Made by a program: the position numbers and the translations under genes | Source of the DNA: Takakia lepidozioides | Taxonomy: Eukaryota > Plantae > Bryophyta | DNA length: 64,000 bases | Assembly: GCA_030704615.1 (NCBI GenBank) | Contig: CM060733.1 | Span: forward strand, 12,586,001-12,650,000 | Direction: 5' to 3' | Shown here: positions 50,211 to 62,226 of the stretch, in pieces | How the letters are laid out: every line of letters starts with the position of its first letter | Position numbering within the stretch: position 1 is the first letter of the stretch | Notes under the pieces: model-generated | Database searches by the model: none | Told to the model about the DNA's origin: nothing | Seen by the model: only the letters and a program-made list of their open reading frames with translations

Positions 50211-52018
50211 TCTTTCAGTTCTGACTACTATGACAATGCAATTTCAGTATATCCCACATGTGGAAGGAGACAAGGTTTTTGGCATTCACTTTCAGTGTTC
50301 GAATTGGGCAAGAGCGGGTAACATGAATATGAGTAATGCGATGACTTTTCTTTTAAGAATTTTGTCTGGTTGGTGTAGTACCACACTCCGCCTCCACTGT
50401 CGAGACCTCATCTTCAATACTGTTAGAAATTGATTGCCTGTTATCATTAGAATAGTTGCTCAGGAGGGGAGTTTGGAGCTGACTATCCTTGTCGCCATTG
50501 CTTGAAGTCATGTTCGTACCGTGGCTTCACTCTATCTTCTCGTGCATAAAGGAAAAGCTGGTTTTGCTGGTGAAATATTCCTTGGAGGCCTTTCCCGTAC
50601 AGTTTCATACCTGCATCAGCGTGCTGAAATTGGCCTTAGCTCTAAGCAACCAAGAGTTGCCAAGTTCCTGCAGGCTTCAAAGTTTGATGGGTTTGATGCG
50701 CCAGAGACAAACCAAGATTTTGAACCTCCAACAAGATGCAAAAGAGTCTTCTTTCAGTTCTCAGGTCTGCCTCCGTTTCAGTCGGAAAAGCTGTCGTACC
50801 AGCACACAGAGGCCGATGGTGACCAACGTATAGAATCAATGAAATTTCACGACAAGTTCACAACATAGGCACCCAAGACATGTGCTTCTTGACTTCCTTC
50901 AAACTTGACACCCGTCAGACCGGAAAGCTCAACTAAGCTTTCTCATACATTAGCACACTCGACCCATCTGTTGAATCCCCGTACTATCATGCTGACTTCA
51001 CAATTCCGAAAACTTTGCGTTCGTTGTAAGGTGGCAAATCACCTTCATGCAGATGATAGACAGACAGACACAAAATCAAATCTTCACCATGCTTACAGGG
51101 TCTGCTCAAGCAAGCTAGTCTTCAAGAGCATTCCTCGCACGGAAGTTTAAACCTTATCTTAGCTTGCTGTGCATTTTACTTGTGGGGAGAGTTGCATGCG
51201 CGAGCTTGGAGACATGGCGCACCAATTTCTACGCAAATTGCTTCTGTGTAGGGGGTCCCCTGCTTTCCGGGATCTCACTGGAGGAAAAAGGTCTTTCGCT
51301 TCCTGCAGCCAGGATCAGTACCACCGATTGTGGTAGTAAGTTGTCTTTCACCTTGTGCAGCCGCATCTTCCAAGTGTGTCTTAGAAAATTTTGTGTCGGT
51401 GATAGAATTATACATAGAGCTTAAAGGCAGGTATGAAGAACCCAATGTCCCTCTTACGTCCCATAAGTATGAAGAAGGATTTGTAGTTGTGGTGTTTTTC
51501 GGCCACTGGTGCCATTTGAAGGATCTTTTGCAACTGTTGAGGGCCTGCCCAAATGTTGGACTTGGAGCAATTGGATCATTGTGGCAAAATTCAGATTGAG
51601 GTTTGTAAAGTTCTCTTTAGGTGTATTCCAGTGTTGGCCAGGTATCATGTTTCGTATAGTCTTTCCGGTTCACGTTATGGAACCTCTTCTTAGTGGAGGC
51701 AGTGGGTGATATCAATAAGGTTTATAATTTGAAAGTGAGTCCACTTGAGGTTCTCAACACATGAGTTATAAATCTTTGCAACGGATATCCATTTTCCGGT
51801 TTCTGTAAGTTCAGGTTCTCCATCCCTACACCAAAATACAAGGTGGGCAATTGGAATGAGGTATTGTTGTGCACAACTATCGCCTTGAAATAGATAAAAT
51901 TCCAAGCTATAGGGGTTCAGAGAGTTCAGGGTTTAGGGTGGCTCAAATAAACCTTCACATCAACCACTTCAAACCCATCGCAAGATTGTACTCCATACAT
52001 GTAAAATAATGGAAGGAC

Positions 52019-54675
52019 CTAATCAAACAAATTAGTGTGCCCTTCACCGACCACCAATTCTTTGAAATACCATGATTTTTCTATCAAATCATAGTTATCC
52101 TCCACTAAGGCTGCCTCTGCATCCATAAAAACTTTGTAGTCGGATGTAGGACAACAACCAAGTCGAGGGTCATCTGGCCAAGCATTACCAAACGATCCAA
52201 ATATTTTATCTGCAATCGGCAACGCCTAAGAGATGTTAGCACCCCTACAATATTGAATACTCGTTCAATCTCTATCTGTGAACCAGGGATGCCAAGTATA
52301 TGCTTGGCTAAGGGATTTGCTATTCTATCAGCTATCAGCCATTAGTCATCAACTTGCAGATAAAGAGAATTTAGGGCCTGTTTTTGCTAATTGCACGTAA
52401 TTATGAAATCCACTAATCTAGAGAAGAGAGCATCAGTGTGACGTGGATGCGGAAATGACGGCCACGTGGCAAAAAAAAATTCTCGGGCTGCCCGTAATTA
52501 TATGCTTGGATTTGTGAGAAACAATAATGAAAAATGACACGGGATTGTACTGACACGCCACCTTTGGCTGCCGAAGGTGGAGGCTGAGCGGGAGAACATA
52601 AGGTAAAAACGAAATAAATGGATGTCGGAAATCCCCCCCCGCCCCCCGAAAAAAAAAAAACCCAACATAAGAATTCTGCACGAACGTGGAAGAATTATGA
52701 ATGTTTTTTAGCCATTTTAATCTCTAGCTTGGATTATCGTATGCTACGGAAATGTGTAGGGATGCTGGTGAAAAGATTTTTTTTTGTTGGACCTAAGTTG
52801 AAGGTGGCTCTTCTGTCCTTATATAAGGTACTTTTCGCTTTTTGGAATGTGATTTTGTATTCAATTTCAAACTTTAAAATTTAATTTTTTCCGGGCAGGT
52901 TCGTTGGGCAGATTGAAATGTTCTTGTTCACCTTCGTTGACCTTTGTCACTGATGGAATTGCTTTGGTAACTGATAGAATAGGAGCTCTCCTTGGCTAAA
53001 AAGGCGTAATTTGGAAATTGCGCTTCATGGTCCTTCCGCCAAGCAAGGGGATTTGAAGAGTCAACAGTAGAAACAGGCAGTCTCGCCTGAAGAGAGACAA
53101 CTCATTTTTTACTCAAGCGCTCGAAGACTCTTCCTCCAAAGCCCCTACACCAAAAAGGCTTGACTCCTCAACTATTTCAAAAGGCAGCAGTGCTGAGCGC
53201 ATCAGAGGGTAGCTAGTGACCTCGGCTTTGATTCATGATACATGTTGTGACTACGAAATTCAATGATGAGGTTATTGCCTCGGCTATGGCCCAGACCTGC
53301 GGCTTTGGTACCCTTGCCTGCCTATTGCCTGCAAGGATAAAGTTTGTCTGTTGTAACAAGTGATGATAGCTTCCTTGAATTCAAGGGTTTCCTCAAACAT
53401 AATAACTTTGGAGGCAAATCTTGTTTTCACAAGTGTCTTCAACCTGCGCGGCCGGTATGCCAGAATCAATACATGCTTTGTTCCACTCAACACGACCTTT
53501 TCCGCTCTTCCTTGTCCAGGTAATAGTTTTTTGTAGAGCTGCTTGCACATCTTTCACTAAGACTGCCCTTAAGCCAACACTTACCTTAATGTCATTTGTA
53601 GCATACTGGCAGGCCTTCGACATCACCTGTACTCCAAAGCAGGTGCCTTCAAAAACTTGAGGTAAGAGACAGATGCACACATGAAACAATCGACCTCAAA
53701 GCTATCGTCATAGTATTCAGGTTGTCACCTTCGTCTTTCACAAAAGGCCACGACACACTGAGTAAGACTATATTTGTCCAATAGTGATTGGAGTTGAACC
53801 GCCATAACCGCCCCGCATGAATCATATACTTCGAACAACCCTATGGTAACATTGAGTTCTCATTCAGAAAGTTGACTACAAGTGCAAATGTGTCTATGTC
53901 ACCCCTGCTCATCCATAGATCAAAGCTGGCTGAACAAGTTACACAACCCACCAAAGCAGGTAGCACGAACTAATCCATGGTCTTAGAAACCATCGTTGGC
54001 AGGACCTCATGAACAAAAACATGACGAGAAGGAAATACCTACACGAGGAGATTGCCTCAATACTAACCTCCTTAACCAGATATTCTCCACAGAAGATAAG
54101 GGCCGGTAACCCTTTGCAATGTACAGTAGTAGGTCCTCTAGAAACTTGATTTGATGCTCGTCCGATTTCTTGTATGGATTAATTGAACCAAAGAACTCTA
54201 TTATCGCACAACCAGTAGGTAGAGAGCGCTTCTTGCTAGCCTGTCGAGCTGGCTCGGAAATTGTAATCAATCTAGTCATTTGAGATTTCATGAGCGCAAC
54301 CAATGAGGATGACAAATTTGCATGTTTGCGCATAGCAGTCACATCATTACTCTTGTTGTAGGTTACCAAACCTTTCCTCTGATTTGTGTTTTGTGCCAGA
54401 ACAAGGTTCTTCTGTTGAGAGTGACAAATGACGCATCGCAGAACCTGAGGGTGGACCAAATCGACTGGAAGATCATTGTTAAGAGCAAAGAAAGACCACA
54501 ACAAAGAGTTGTAGTTGTAGGGTTTCCAAAATGTAGATTGAGTCTGCAACATAATTAGCAATTGCTGGCTGAGAAGCTTTGTAAGTGGGCCCTCCATGAC
54601 ACCTCCATCATGATTTGCACTCCCTCTGTCAGCTATTGTGGCATTTGCTTGGAAATCAGATGAGGAGGAAGCCAT
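52019..54675 (-). pseudogene. hAT transposase remnants
   Basis: LWSFF..QVLRCVICH..KGLVTYNKSN (BED-like), FLEDLLLYIAKGYRPLSSVENIWLRRLVLRQ, SFDLWMSRG, KTRFASKVIMFEETLEF, and dimerisation domain LAKHILGIPGSQIEIERVFNIVGVLTSLRRCRL..WPDDPR. Confidence 0.85.
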
Positions 54676-55703
54676 GGCAGAAAATAGATCTCACACGAAC
54701 GCACCATAACTACAGACACAAAATATGACAATCCAGTGAACTTCAGAAGAGTCAGCTCCATCACACAAAACTGAAATATCCTAGCATTAATAATTCTATG
54801 ATAGACCAAAGATCTCACAAGATTGTCCCCAAGCCCGAGAAAGAACTGGTTGCGCATTTGTGAAGGGACAGATTCGATTGATAACCAACGTAGCCAAAAA
54901 CTAATGGAGCGGTGGTTAAGTTGCGAGATGTGCAAGACGAGACCCGGTGGCCGGGTCTCACAATGGACACTTCAACATGCAATAGGGTAGAAACACCTTT
55001 CATGGCGCAAGAAGTTGGATAAATGTAATAACTTTTTGTGCTTTAAACCTATGGGGTCATATAATACCTTAACATAAAGCTCTTAAGATAAGATAACTTT
55101 CTTTAGTTGAAAGTTAAATGAGATTCTGGCTTTATCTGACATTAAAAGTGGAGAGAAGTAGAGGATGTCAATGTGAGCCTTTGACGCACCTTGTTCCTAT
55201 TCTGACTCATTCATATCTCATTAGTATTTTTTCTACCTGAGATGGTAACCAAAAAAAGAACCAAAAATATCAATGGAAAGCGCTTAATGTGGCCATCTTT
55301 TTGTAGTTGGAGAAATTTTCATTAGAGGACATCTACCTATAGCAACTTAAGGATAAAACAAGTGAGCCCATCATGGCGCACAAGATATATTGCTCTTTTG
55401 GTACCTTGGACTTCAACCATTTTAACCATTTTAAGAAATAAAGATACCATTGGAAAGCTCTTGATAAGCCCCAACATTTTGTAGTTGGAACAATTTCCAA
55501 TAGAGTTCATCTACCTCAGAAATTTGAGTGTAAAGTAGAGGATTAAATGGTGTAGTGTAGTTGATTTCTCTTTGGGTAAGCTTGCTGGCCTATCATGGCG
55601 CACTCCAGCCTGACACGCTCCGAAATGGGCATATTTTCTTGCACCATGGGCGTGCTTTTGAGCGCCACTATGGGGCACATGCCCATGAACGGTGCTTCTA
55701 CCC

Positions 55704-56670
55704 GGGGGGTTGGTAGGACGTGAGCACAATCCCACGGTGGTGGACAATTCACGGAATTGGGAGGTCCACATACATTGAGTACAAAAAGTTGAGTAAACAG
55801 GGTTGGTCGTCAAGTCTCCATGGGAACCGAGGAGTGAAGAGGCCACGCCCTCGAACGCTGCAGGAAGAGGGTTTTATGTTTTGAAACCGCGGTCACAGTG
55901 TTTTCAAAACGGAATTAATTGGCGGATATAGAGACACGGTGCATTTATAGGATTTATGTGCCTATTTCCGTCCCTAAACCAAAACCCATATGCGGAATAG
56001 GCACCCATAATGTATATCTATAAACTCCAAGTTCCACATATCTACAGTTTTGGTATCCTACAAAAACAAAACACATTAGGGAAAAACAAAGTCACAATAA
56101 CCAACACCACATCCAAAACACACAAATACCAACAATAGTTGAACAATTTAATATAATGAGGCAAACAACGGGTTTCATTAACGAAAAAAATCAAGGTATC
56201 GAATTTCGCCAGCGAAATAACAGATTCCGCCAACGAAATTATGGATTTTGCTAGCGAAATATTGGGTTTCGTCGACGAAATTTCCAAATATCGCTGCATA
56301 GGTCATTATCCTATGGTTTCGTAGGCGAAACAAAATGTGTTGTGTTTGGTTTTGCATATAAGAGACGACGTGAGATTGTTTTATTTCGCTAATGAATTGT
56401 TATGTGCTTGTGCGTACAGAAAATAAACCACGGAAATAGGGTGCCCGTCCATATTCATGACTCATTTTTGTGCCTATTTCTCCCATGTCTATTTCTCTTC
56501 GTGTGGTTTGTGCTCACGTGAGCACAAGTCTACTCGTGAGTACAAATTGCACATTTTAGTTTCGCTATCGCATCTTTTTAAGAATATTCTAGGAATTTAT
56601 GGTACATCCTCTTCTGCTCACGTGAGCAGGCTCATGCTCATGTGAGCATGCTCACATGCTACCCAACCTC
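55704..56670. mobile_element. Mutator-like MITE
   Basis: Perfect 9-bp TSD CTTCTACCC (55695-703 and 56671-79). Imperfect TIRs GGGGGGTTGGTAGGACGTGAGCA / (rc) GAGGTTGGGTAGCATGTGAGCA. Confidence 0.8.
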
Positions 56671-56810
56671 CTTCTACCCTAACCGTCGGATATCCACAAA
56701 CCCGAGTCTCAAAATTTGCTTTGACCCGAGTATGTACATATTGATAACCGCTTGAATACCCGGCCGGGTATGGATTTCGAACCCAATACCCGGCCAACAT
56801 TGGTTTAAAC

Positions 56811-57579
56811 CAGTGTTGGCCGGGTATGGCATCTTGACATGCATATCCGGCGGTTATTTGCCGGTTATGCACATGTGCATAACCGGAAAGTGTAGCCCCC
56901 GCAGGAACTGGCTATGGAAGGAACCGGAAAAAAAATCGAGCTTCCTAACCGGCTAGAGAACCGGCATGGTGATTATAAGGGTGTTATACCCGGAGCAAGA
57001 TCCGGAGCAAATGTGGATGTTGTAGAGGCGGTCCTAGATAATACAAGTGTAAAGGTTAGTGATGGTAGTTATGAAATGACAATGTTGGGGGGATTAGGTG
57101 CACAACATTAATGAGAATATCCAAGTAGGAAATTAATTAGTTGGGCATTTGGCATTTGGCTAGGACAATAGTTGTAAGTTGTAAGCTTAGTGTATTAGAG
57201 GGGCAGAGAGATAGATGACAGGGTTGAATGTTTGAACTTTGAACCCGAGACCCACAACCAATACTCTAGTGGCTTATCACCATGCCACAACCCTTTTGTG
57301 TATAGTTTTACACACATACACAAAAATGCTAGAAAAAGTAAAAATAAATAAAAGTGGATGAATCCCATAACCGGTACCATGGAACCAGAATTTTTTAAGA
57401 TGGCATACCTGGTAGATTGAGAACCGGACAAAAAAAAATCCATGTGTTTATTGAGAACCTGTAACCGAGATGTTTTTCAAACCTATTGGTATACCCTGCC
57501 CCGGCCATCCATTTTTTTCAAAGAGTACGCCATAATGGGACCGGGAGAGGGCTCAAAACATGGTACCCGGCCAACACTG
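56811..57579. mobile_element. hAT MITE
   Basis: Perfect 16-bp TIR CAGTGTTGGCCGGGTA and perfect 8-bp TSD GTTTAAAC (56803-10 and 57580-87). Confidence 0.92.
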
Positions 57580-57587
57580 GTTTAAAC

Positions 57588-57790
57588 CAGTGTTGTGTGG
57601 GTTATGCCTTTTCAAGGAACCCGCCGGGTCCGGGTCTGGGTAATTTTTCAGAGCCTACTCCGGGATCCGGGTTTCTGAAATTTGGAAAATCCAGGTGAGT
57701 CCGGATTTTTGAACACCGAGTCGGGTCCAGGTCCGGGTAGTTGCTGGAAAATTTTGACGGGTTCACGGGTTCGGATCCGGGTCCTGATTA
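57588..57790. mobile_element. Left end of a third hAT-like element
   Basis: Starts CAGTGTTG immediately after the TSD, followed by CCGGGT/CGGATC subterminal repeats. No partner end found. Confidence 0.6.
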
Positions 57791-58373
57791 ATTGATTAAA
57801 TAAATTAGAAAAATGAGATTAACTAGAAATATTTTTTCTGTCATATTTAAATATATATAAACAATATTTGCGTGACTTATATTTGTGTAGTCTCTGCCTG
57901 TGTCTGATCTACACATGATTGCCTGTCTGCATGCATCTCTATATGTCGAAAGTGCAACCTTAGTCACATGTGTCATTTATGTTTTTGTCCAGCTTGTAGT
58001 TGATTGTCTACCCGCTTGCATCTATGGATATAGCAGTGCAACCTCACCACGTGTCATTTGTGTGTTTCTGTCCAGCTTCTCATCGATTGTTGATCTCCTT
58101 AGCCATATATACATATGTATCTTCTCCTTGTGATATCTCCATGGTGCAATTGGCAGTGCAGTGTTAGTTACATGTGTCCTTTGTGCACATGAGCAAGGAA
58201 TCTCTAGCAGTGTTGATATGCACTGTGCACAATGTCATTTCCAGCCTTACTTCTCGTCCCCTGTATTGTGGTTGTCCTCAATTATGAATGAGTGATCGTC
58301 TAATCATATTGTCTATCACACAGAGACACACATGTCACACTGATTCCTTGAAACATGACTTATGTTGTGGTAG

Positions 58374-58558
58374 GTGAAACTGGCAGAGCGTCTAGTGGAT
58401 TCCTGCTTTGCATACCGTGTCTTTTTTGGGAACAGAAGCGACTGAAGCTGCTATCAAATTTGCTCGCAAGTATCAGCGTGTGGAAGCCAAGAAGATCCTT
58501 CCTCCGTGGACTCCGTGAATTGTGTGACGAAACTGGTGCTCTTCTTGTCTTCGATGAG
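58374..58558 (+). pseudogene. Acetylornithine aminotransferase (class III, ArgD-like) fragment
   Basis: ag|VKLAERLVDSCFAYRVFF/GTEATEAAIKFARKYQ joined directly to SFLRGLRELCDETGALLVFDE|gt. Internal deletion and frameshifts. Confidence 0.75.
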
Positions 58559-59933
58559 GTGGGACTCTCAATTCTTTCCACCTCTCTTTGCTTTATTATG
58601 TTTGTGTGACAAACTTTTGTTGGGATAATTTCCCCCTGGAATCAGTATGCAGAAGTGTTTACGGGATGCTGTGGTGTACTTAGGTTGGTTGTTCTTGTAA
58701 TGGTATGCAACTGTAGAGCCTCTTTGTGACACTCCTAGCCTCTTCCTTCCTGAAATCCTCTGGAACAGAGACACAAATAGAGAGTGGCAGAATGGAGCCA
58801 ACAAGACATGGAAGGTTGGAGAGATAGTTGCAATATCAAATCTAAGTGTCTTGAGTAGACTCAGAGATTTCACAGAAATACTTGACTGGCGGCCAGTTTC
58901 CAGTGATCTAGGTTGGAAGTAACAACTGAAGACTCTGGACAATTAACTATCTCTGAATTCTATCAAAAGGCATATGAACTTATAGTGACATAACATAGAG
59001 TGTTCCCAACTTGTTCCCAAGTCTGGAAACAGATCTGTTTACTTGAACACTTCGCATATGTGGTCCATTTATCAATTCATTGTAAGTCTGAGCCCAAAGT
59101 ATTTTTTTGTGGCTTCACACCATGACTTTTCAACAAAGAAATGCTTGTGGAACCGGGTAGATAATTGGTGGCATAAAGGCATCCATATCTTACGTATTTT
59201 GGCAACCTGACATGCAGGCACCGGGATTTTTAGAGACGTGGCAGCAAAAGGCACCACCTTCGCACTCAACTGAAAGAGAGGTTGGGGTGGAAATCCCCAT
59301 GTGAGGCTTGGTGAGCCGAATGACATACATGGTCATAGAGGCGGACTCCGACTTTGATAGGCCAGAAGCTGCTTCTTGACAGAGATAGATCATTCAAGTT
59401 CTTGCCATCAAATTAGGAGTGATCATCCAGTTATGATTAGGAGTGACTTGTTATAGTTGCAAAATAGCAACTCCAAATAACTAAGCATCCAATTATGCTA
59501 TAGTTATCTCTGCTAATTCTACTCAGTTAACTCAAATTAGCGACTCAAGTCATAGTACCAAAATAACTTCACGCCTATGGTCATCATGTGACTTTCGTGA
59601 TGGTCATCATGTTATTTTCGTGACCATCATGTATGTGTCATCTGCCATGTATGGATACATGTTGTCGACTCACGATGTGTCTCGCGTGCGATGTTGGGTT
59701 GTGGTGACATGTGTCATGTGCCACAGAGTTCATGTGGTGTGGTGAGGGCGGGGCGGGGCGGGGCGGGGGCAGCGATCGTGAACCGCGCATGAGCTGACGA
59801 AGGGGGTGCGGCTAGGGTGGCGGGGGGTGCCATGCAGGCAGGATCGAAGGGGTCGCATTAAACTCCCGGGCCTTTTCTAATGTGCGCCATTGACTTTGGG
59901 GTCTTCAGCTTATGGCAAATGACTCCCATTCTT

Positions 59934-60793
59934 GAGGTTGGGTAGCACGCGAGCAGAGGAGGGTCTGCCACATATTCCAAGAATATTTTCCGAAAAATGC
60001 TTTAGTGAAACTAAAATGTGAAATTTGTGCTCACGTGAACACAAGTCTATTCACGTGAGCACAAACCACGCAAAGTTGTGCCATAAGTAATTGCCCGCTA
60101 GTACCATCTCCATCAACACTTTTCGTTGGTTAATACTTGTATATTTAATCATGTGCAGTTGACACTCGTAGCAATCACTAATATGCGAAACTAGCCAAAA
60201 TTCATCATGTTTCGCCCACGAAAGCGTGGGTAATGACCTAATGCAATAAGCACGTAACAATTCGGTAGTGAAATAAAACAACCTCACATTGTCCCTTATA
60301 TGCAAAAACAAACACAACTCATTTTGTTTTGCCCACAACATCATTGGATAATGAGCTACGCAACGATACCTTGAAATTTCACTGACGAAACTTGATACCT
60401 TGATTTACTTTGCTGATGAAACCCGTTGTTTGCCTCATTATATTAAATTGTCCAATTATTGTTTGGTATTTGTGTTTTTGGATGGTGTTGGTTATTGCGA
60501 CTTTGTTTTTCCCTAATGTGTTATTTTTTTTGTAGGATACCAAAGCTGTAAATATTTGGAACGTGGAGCTTGTAAATATAGATTAGGGGTGCCTGTTTCG
60601 CATTAGGGTTTAGGGACAGAAATAGGCACCAAAATAGCACAGAAACCCCTATTTCGCATGTAGTAACCCTATTTCCGTGCATTCTATTTCCTTGGAAACC
60701 TGGGTATCCTATTGCCGTATTATTGTGCTCAGGCCTCCATTTTTCTGTGCTCGCGTGACCATGCTCACCAGTGTGCTCACGTTCTACCAACAC
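59934..60793. mobile_element. Mutator-like MITE, inverted sister of 55704-56670
   Basis: 9-bp TSD CCCATTCTT (59925-33 and 60794-802), same terminal motifs. 60360-60640 is the reverse-complement homologue of 55960-56300. Confidence 0.8.
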
Positions 60794-61713
60794 CCCATTC
60801 TTGGGGGAAACTATTGTGCCGGGAGATCTGAGAGTGTGAGATGAGGGTGCAGAAAATGCTCTTCTTGGCCCAGGGGAGGTCGAAGGCTTGAAAAACTTTC
60901 ATCCTTCTTCGGGTAGAGCACCTGCAATTGGCTGCCAAACAAAGAAATCCAAGCTTTCCTCCCGTCAGCCATCAGATCTGAGTATATATTAAACATAATC
61001 AGTCTGATGCTAAGGCAAGTCCAAACCTAAAATGAAGAAAATAGCTGAGAGAGATGCAAATTCAGGAGGCGGAGAGGGGTGGGGATAAGCCTCCAAATCG
61101 TCATTGCCATGGGAACTGAAGAAAGCAGTGTTCAATAAATCAGGTTCAGGATTTGAACCCAGAATCACCTGGGTTGCACTCAGTGCTAATTATTATTCTT
61201 CAACTGAGCTAGTAGTATTATCCGACTATTGCTGATAAATCATAATGCATCCTGGATTTTCCAGTAAATAAAACAAAATGCGGATAAGTGTGGATATATG
61301 AGTGGCAGTATATAAGTGGCGCAGAGTGACCGATATACGGTCGCACGCCCACCACTCGTTCGGGATATGATGTACCCCCATCTCACCGTCCATTTCACAT
61401 CCAGGGGGGCCGTGTGAATCTTATCCATAGATTTGTGGTTAGTTTTCAGAATTACCAGCCTATACACATGGATGAGAGAAGGCTTTATGGATGCAAGTCC
61501 TCACGAAAGAAAAAGAGTGACACCGTTCTTCGTTCGTTCACGATATTTGTTCATTCACGTTGTTTTACCTAGCGACAAAAGTGGTGGGAGTAAAAAAGCC
61601 CTTCTCGCTCGCGCCTTCTTCATCACTTGCTCGGCAACGTTCTTCGTTGTCGCACTGCCCTCTCCACACTCCGTTTGCCGTCTGAGTGTTTGATCTCACA
61701 CCACACCATAGCT

Positions 61714-62226
61714 ATGGCTTCCCTTGCAGCAGCTGCAGTGTCAGTGCCTTCCTTCTGTGGCTTGAAGGCTGAGGCCAGCGTGAAGAGCGCCAAGGTGTCC
61801 AGCACCGTGGTCGTCAGGGCCGCCCCGATTGTCAGGGCTTCCGTGCAGACCAGCAACGATGCCTTGCAGAATGTGGGAAAGGCCCTGTTCGCTGCCTCCA
61901 CCAGCCTGCTTTTGGCTACTTCGGCCTACGCCGCGGATGTGAAGATGGGAGGAGATGGTGGAGAGCTCAACTTTTTCCCCTCCTCTTTGAAAATTTCTGC
62001 TGGAGACACTGTCAAGTTCATCAACAACAAGGGCTTCCCCCATAATGTTGTCTTTGATGAGGATGAAATTCCCTCCGGGGTTAAGGCTGACGCTCTCAGC
62101 CACGAGGATTACTTGAACGCTCCCGCCGAGAACTTCTCCATCACCTTCACGCAGAAGGGAACCTACAAATACTATTGTGAGCCTCACAGGGGTGCTGGCA
62201 TGGAGGGAGAGATCACTGTCTCTTAG
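61714..62226 (+). CDS. petE: Plastocyanin precursor, 170 aa, intronless
   Basis: Bipartite transit peptide ending AYA-A. Mature domain has GFPHNVVFDEDEIPSGV and YYCEPHRGAGM (Cu ligands H, C, H, M). Confidence 0.97.
   Translation: MASLAAAAVSVPSFCGLKAEASVKSAKVSSTVVVRAAPIVRASVQTSNDALQNVGKALFAASTSLLLATSAYAADVKMGGDGGELNFFPSSLKISAGDTVKFINNKGFPHNVVFDEDEIPSGVKADALSHEDYLNAPAENFSITFTQKGTYKYYCEPHRGAGMEGEITVS

Larger units (their letters stand above)
51629..56802 (-). mobile_element. Decayed autonomous-type hAT element (probable boundaries)
   Basis: CAGTGTTGGCCAGGTA at 51629 and TACCCGGCCAACATTG ending at 56802. The subtermini resemble the two ends of MITE 56811-57579. The TSD matches only 5/8 (GTGTATTC vs GTTTAAAC). 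Confidence 0.55.

Noticed and set aside
50480-51620. Possible decayed gene
   Set aside because: Composition looks coding, but no frame gave a recognisable family.
61080-61440. GATAAG (I-box-like) motifs upstream of petE
   Set aside because: Plausible light-response elements, but short enough to occur by chance, so not reported as features.
61627-61713. N-terminal extension of the plastocyanin ORF in the ORF track
   Set aside because: It starts at a non-ATG codon. ATG 61714 (GCTATGGC context) begins a typical transit peptide.
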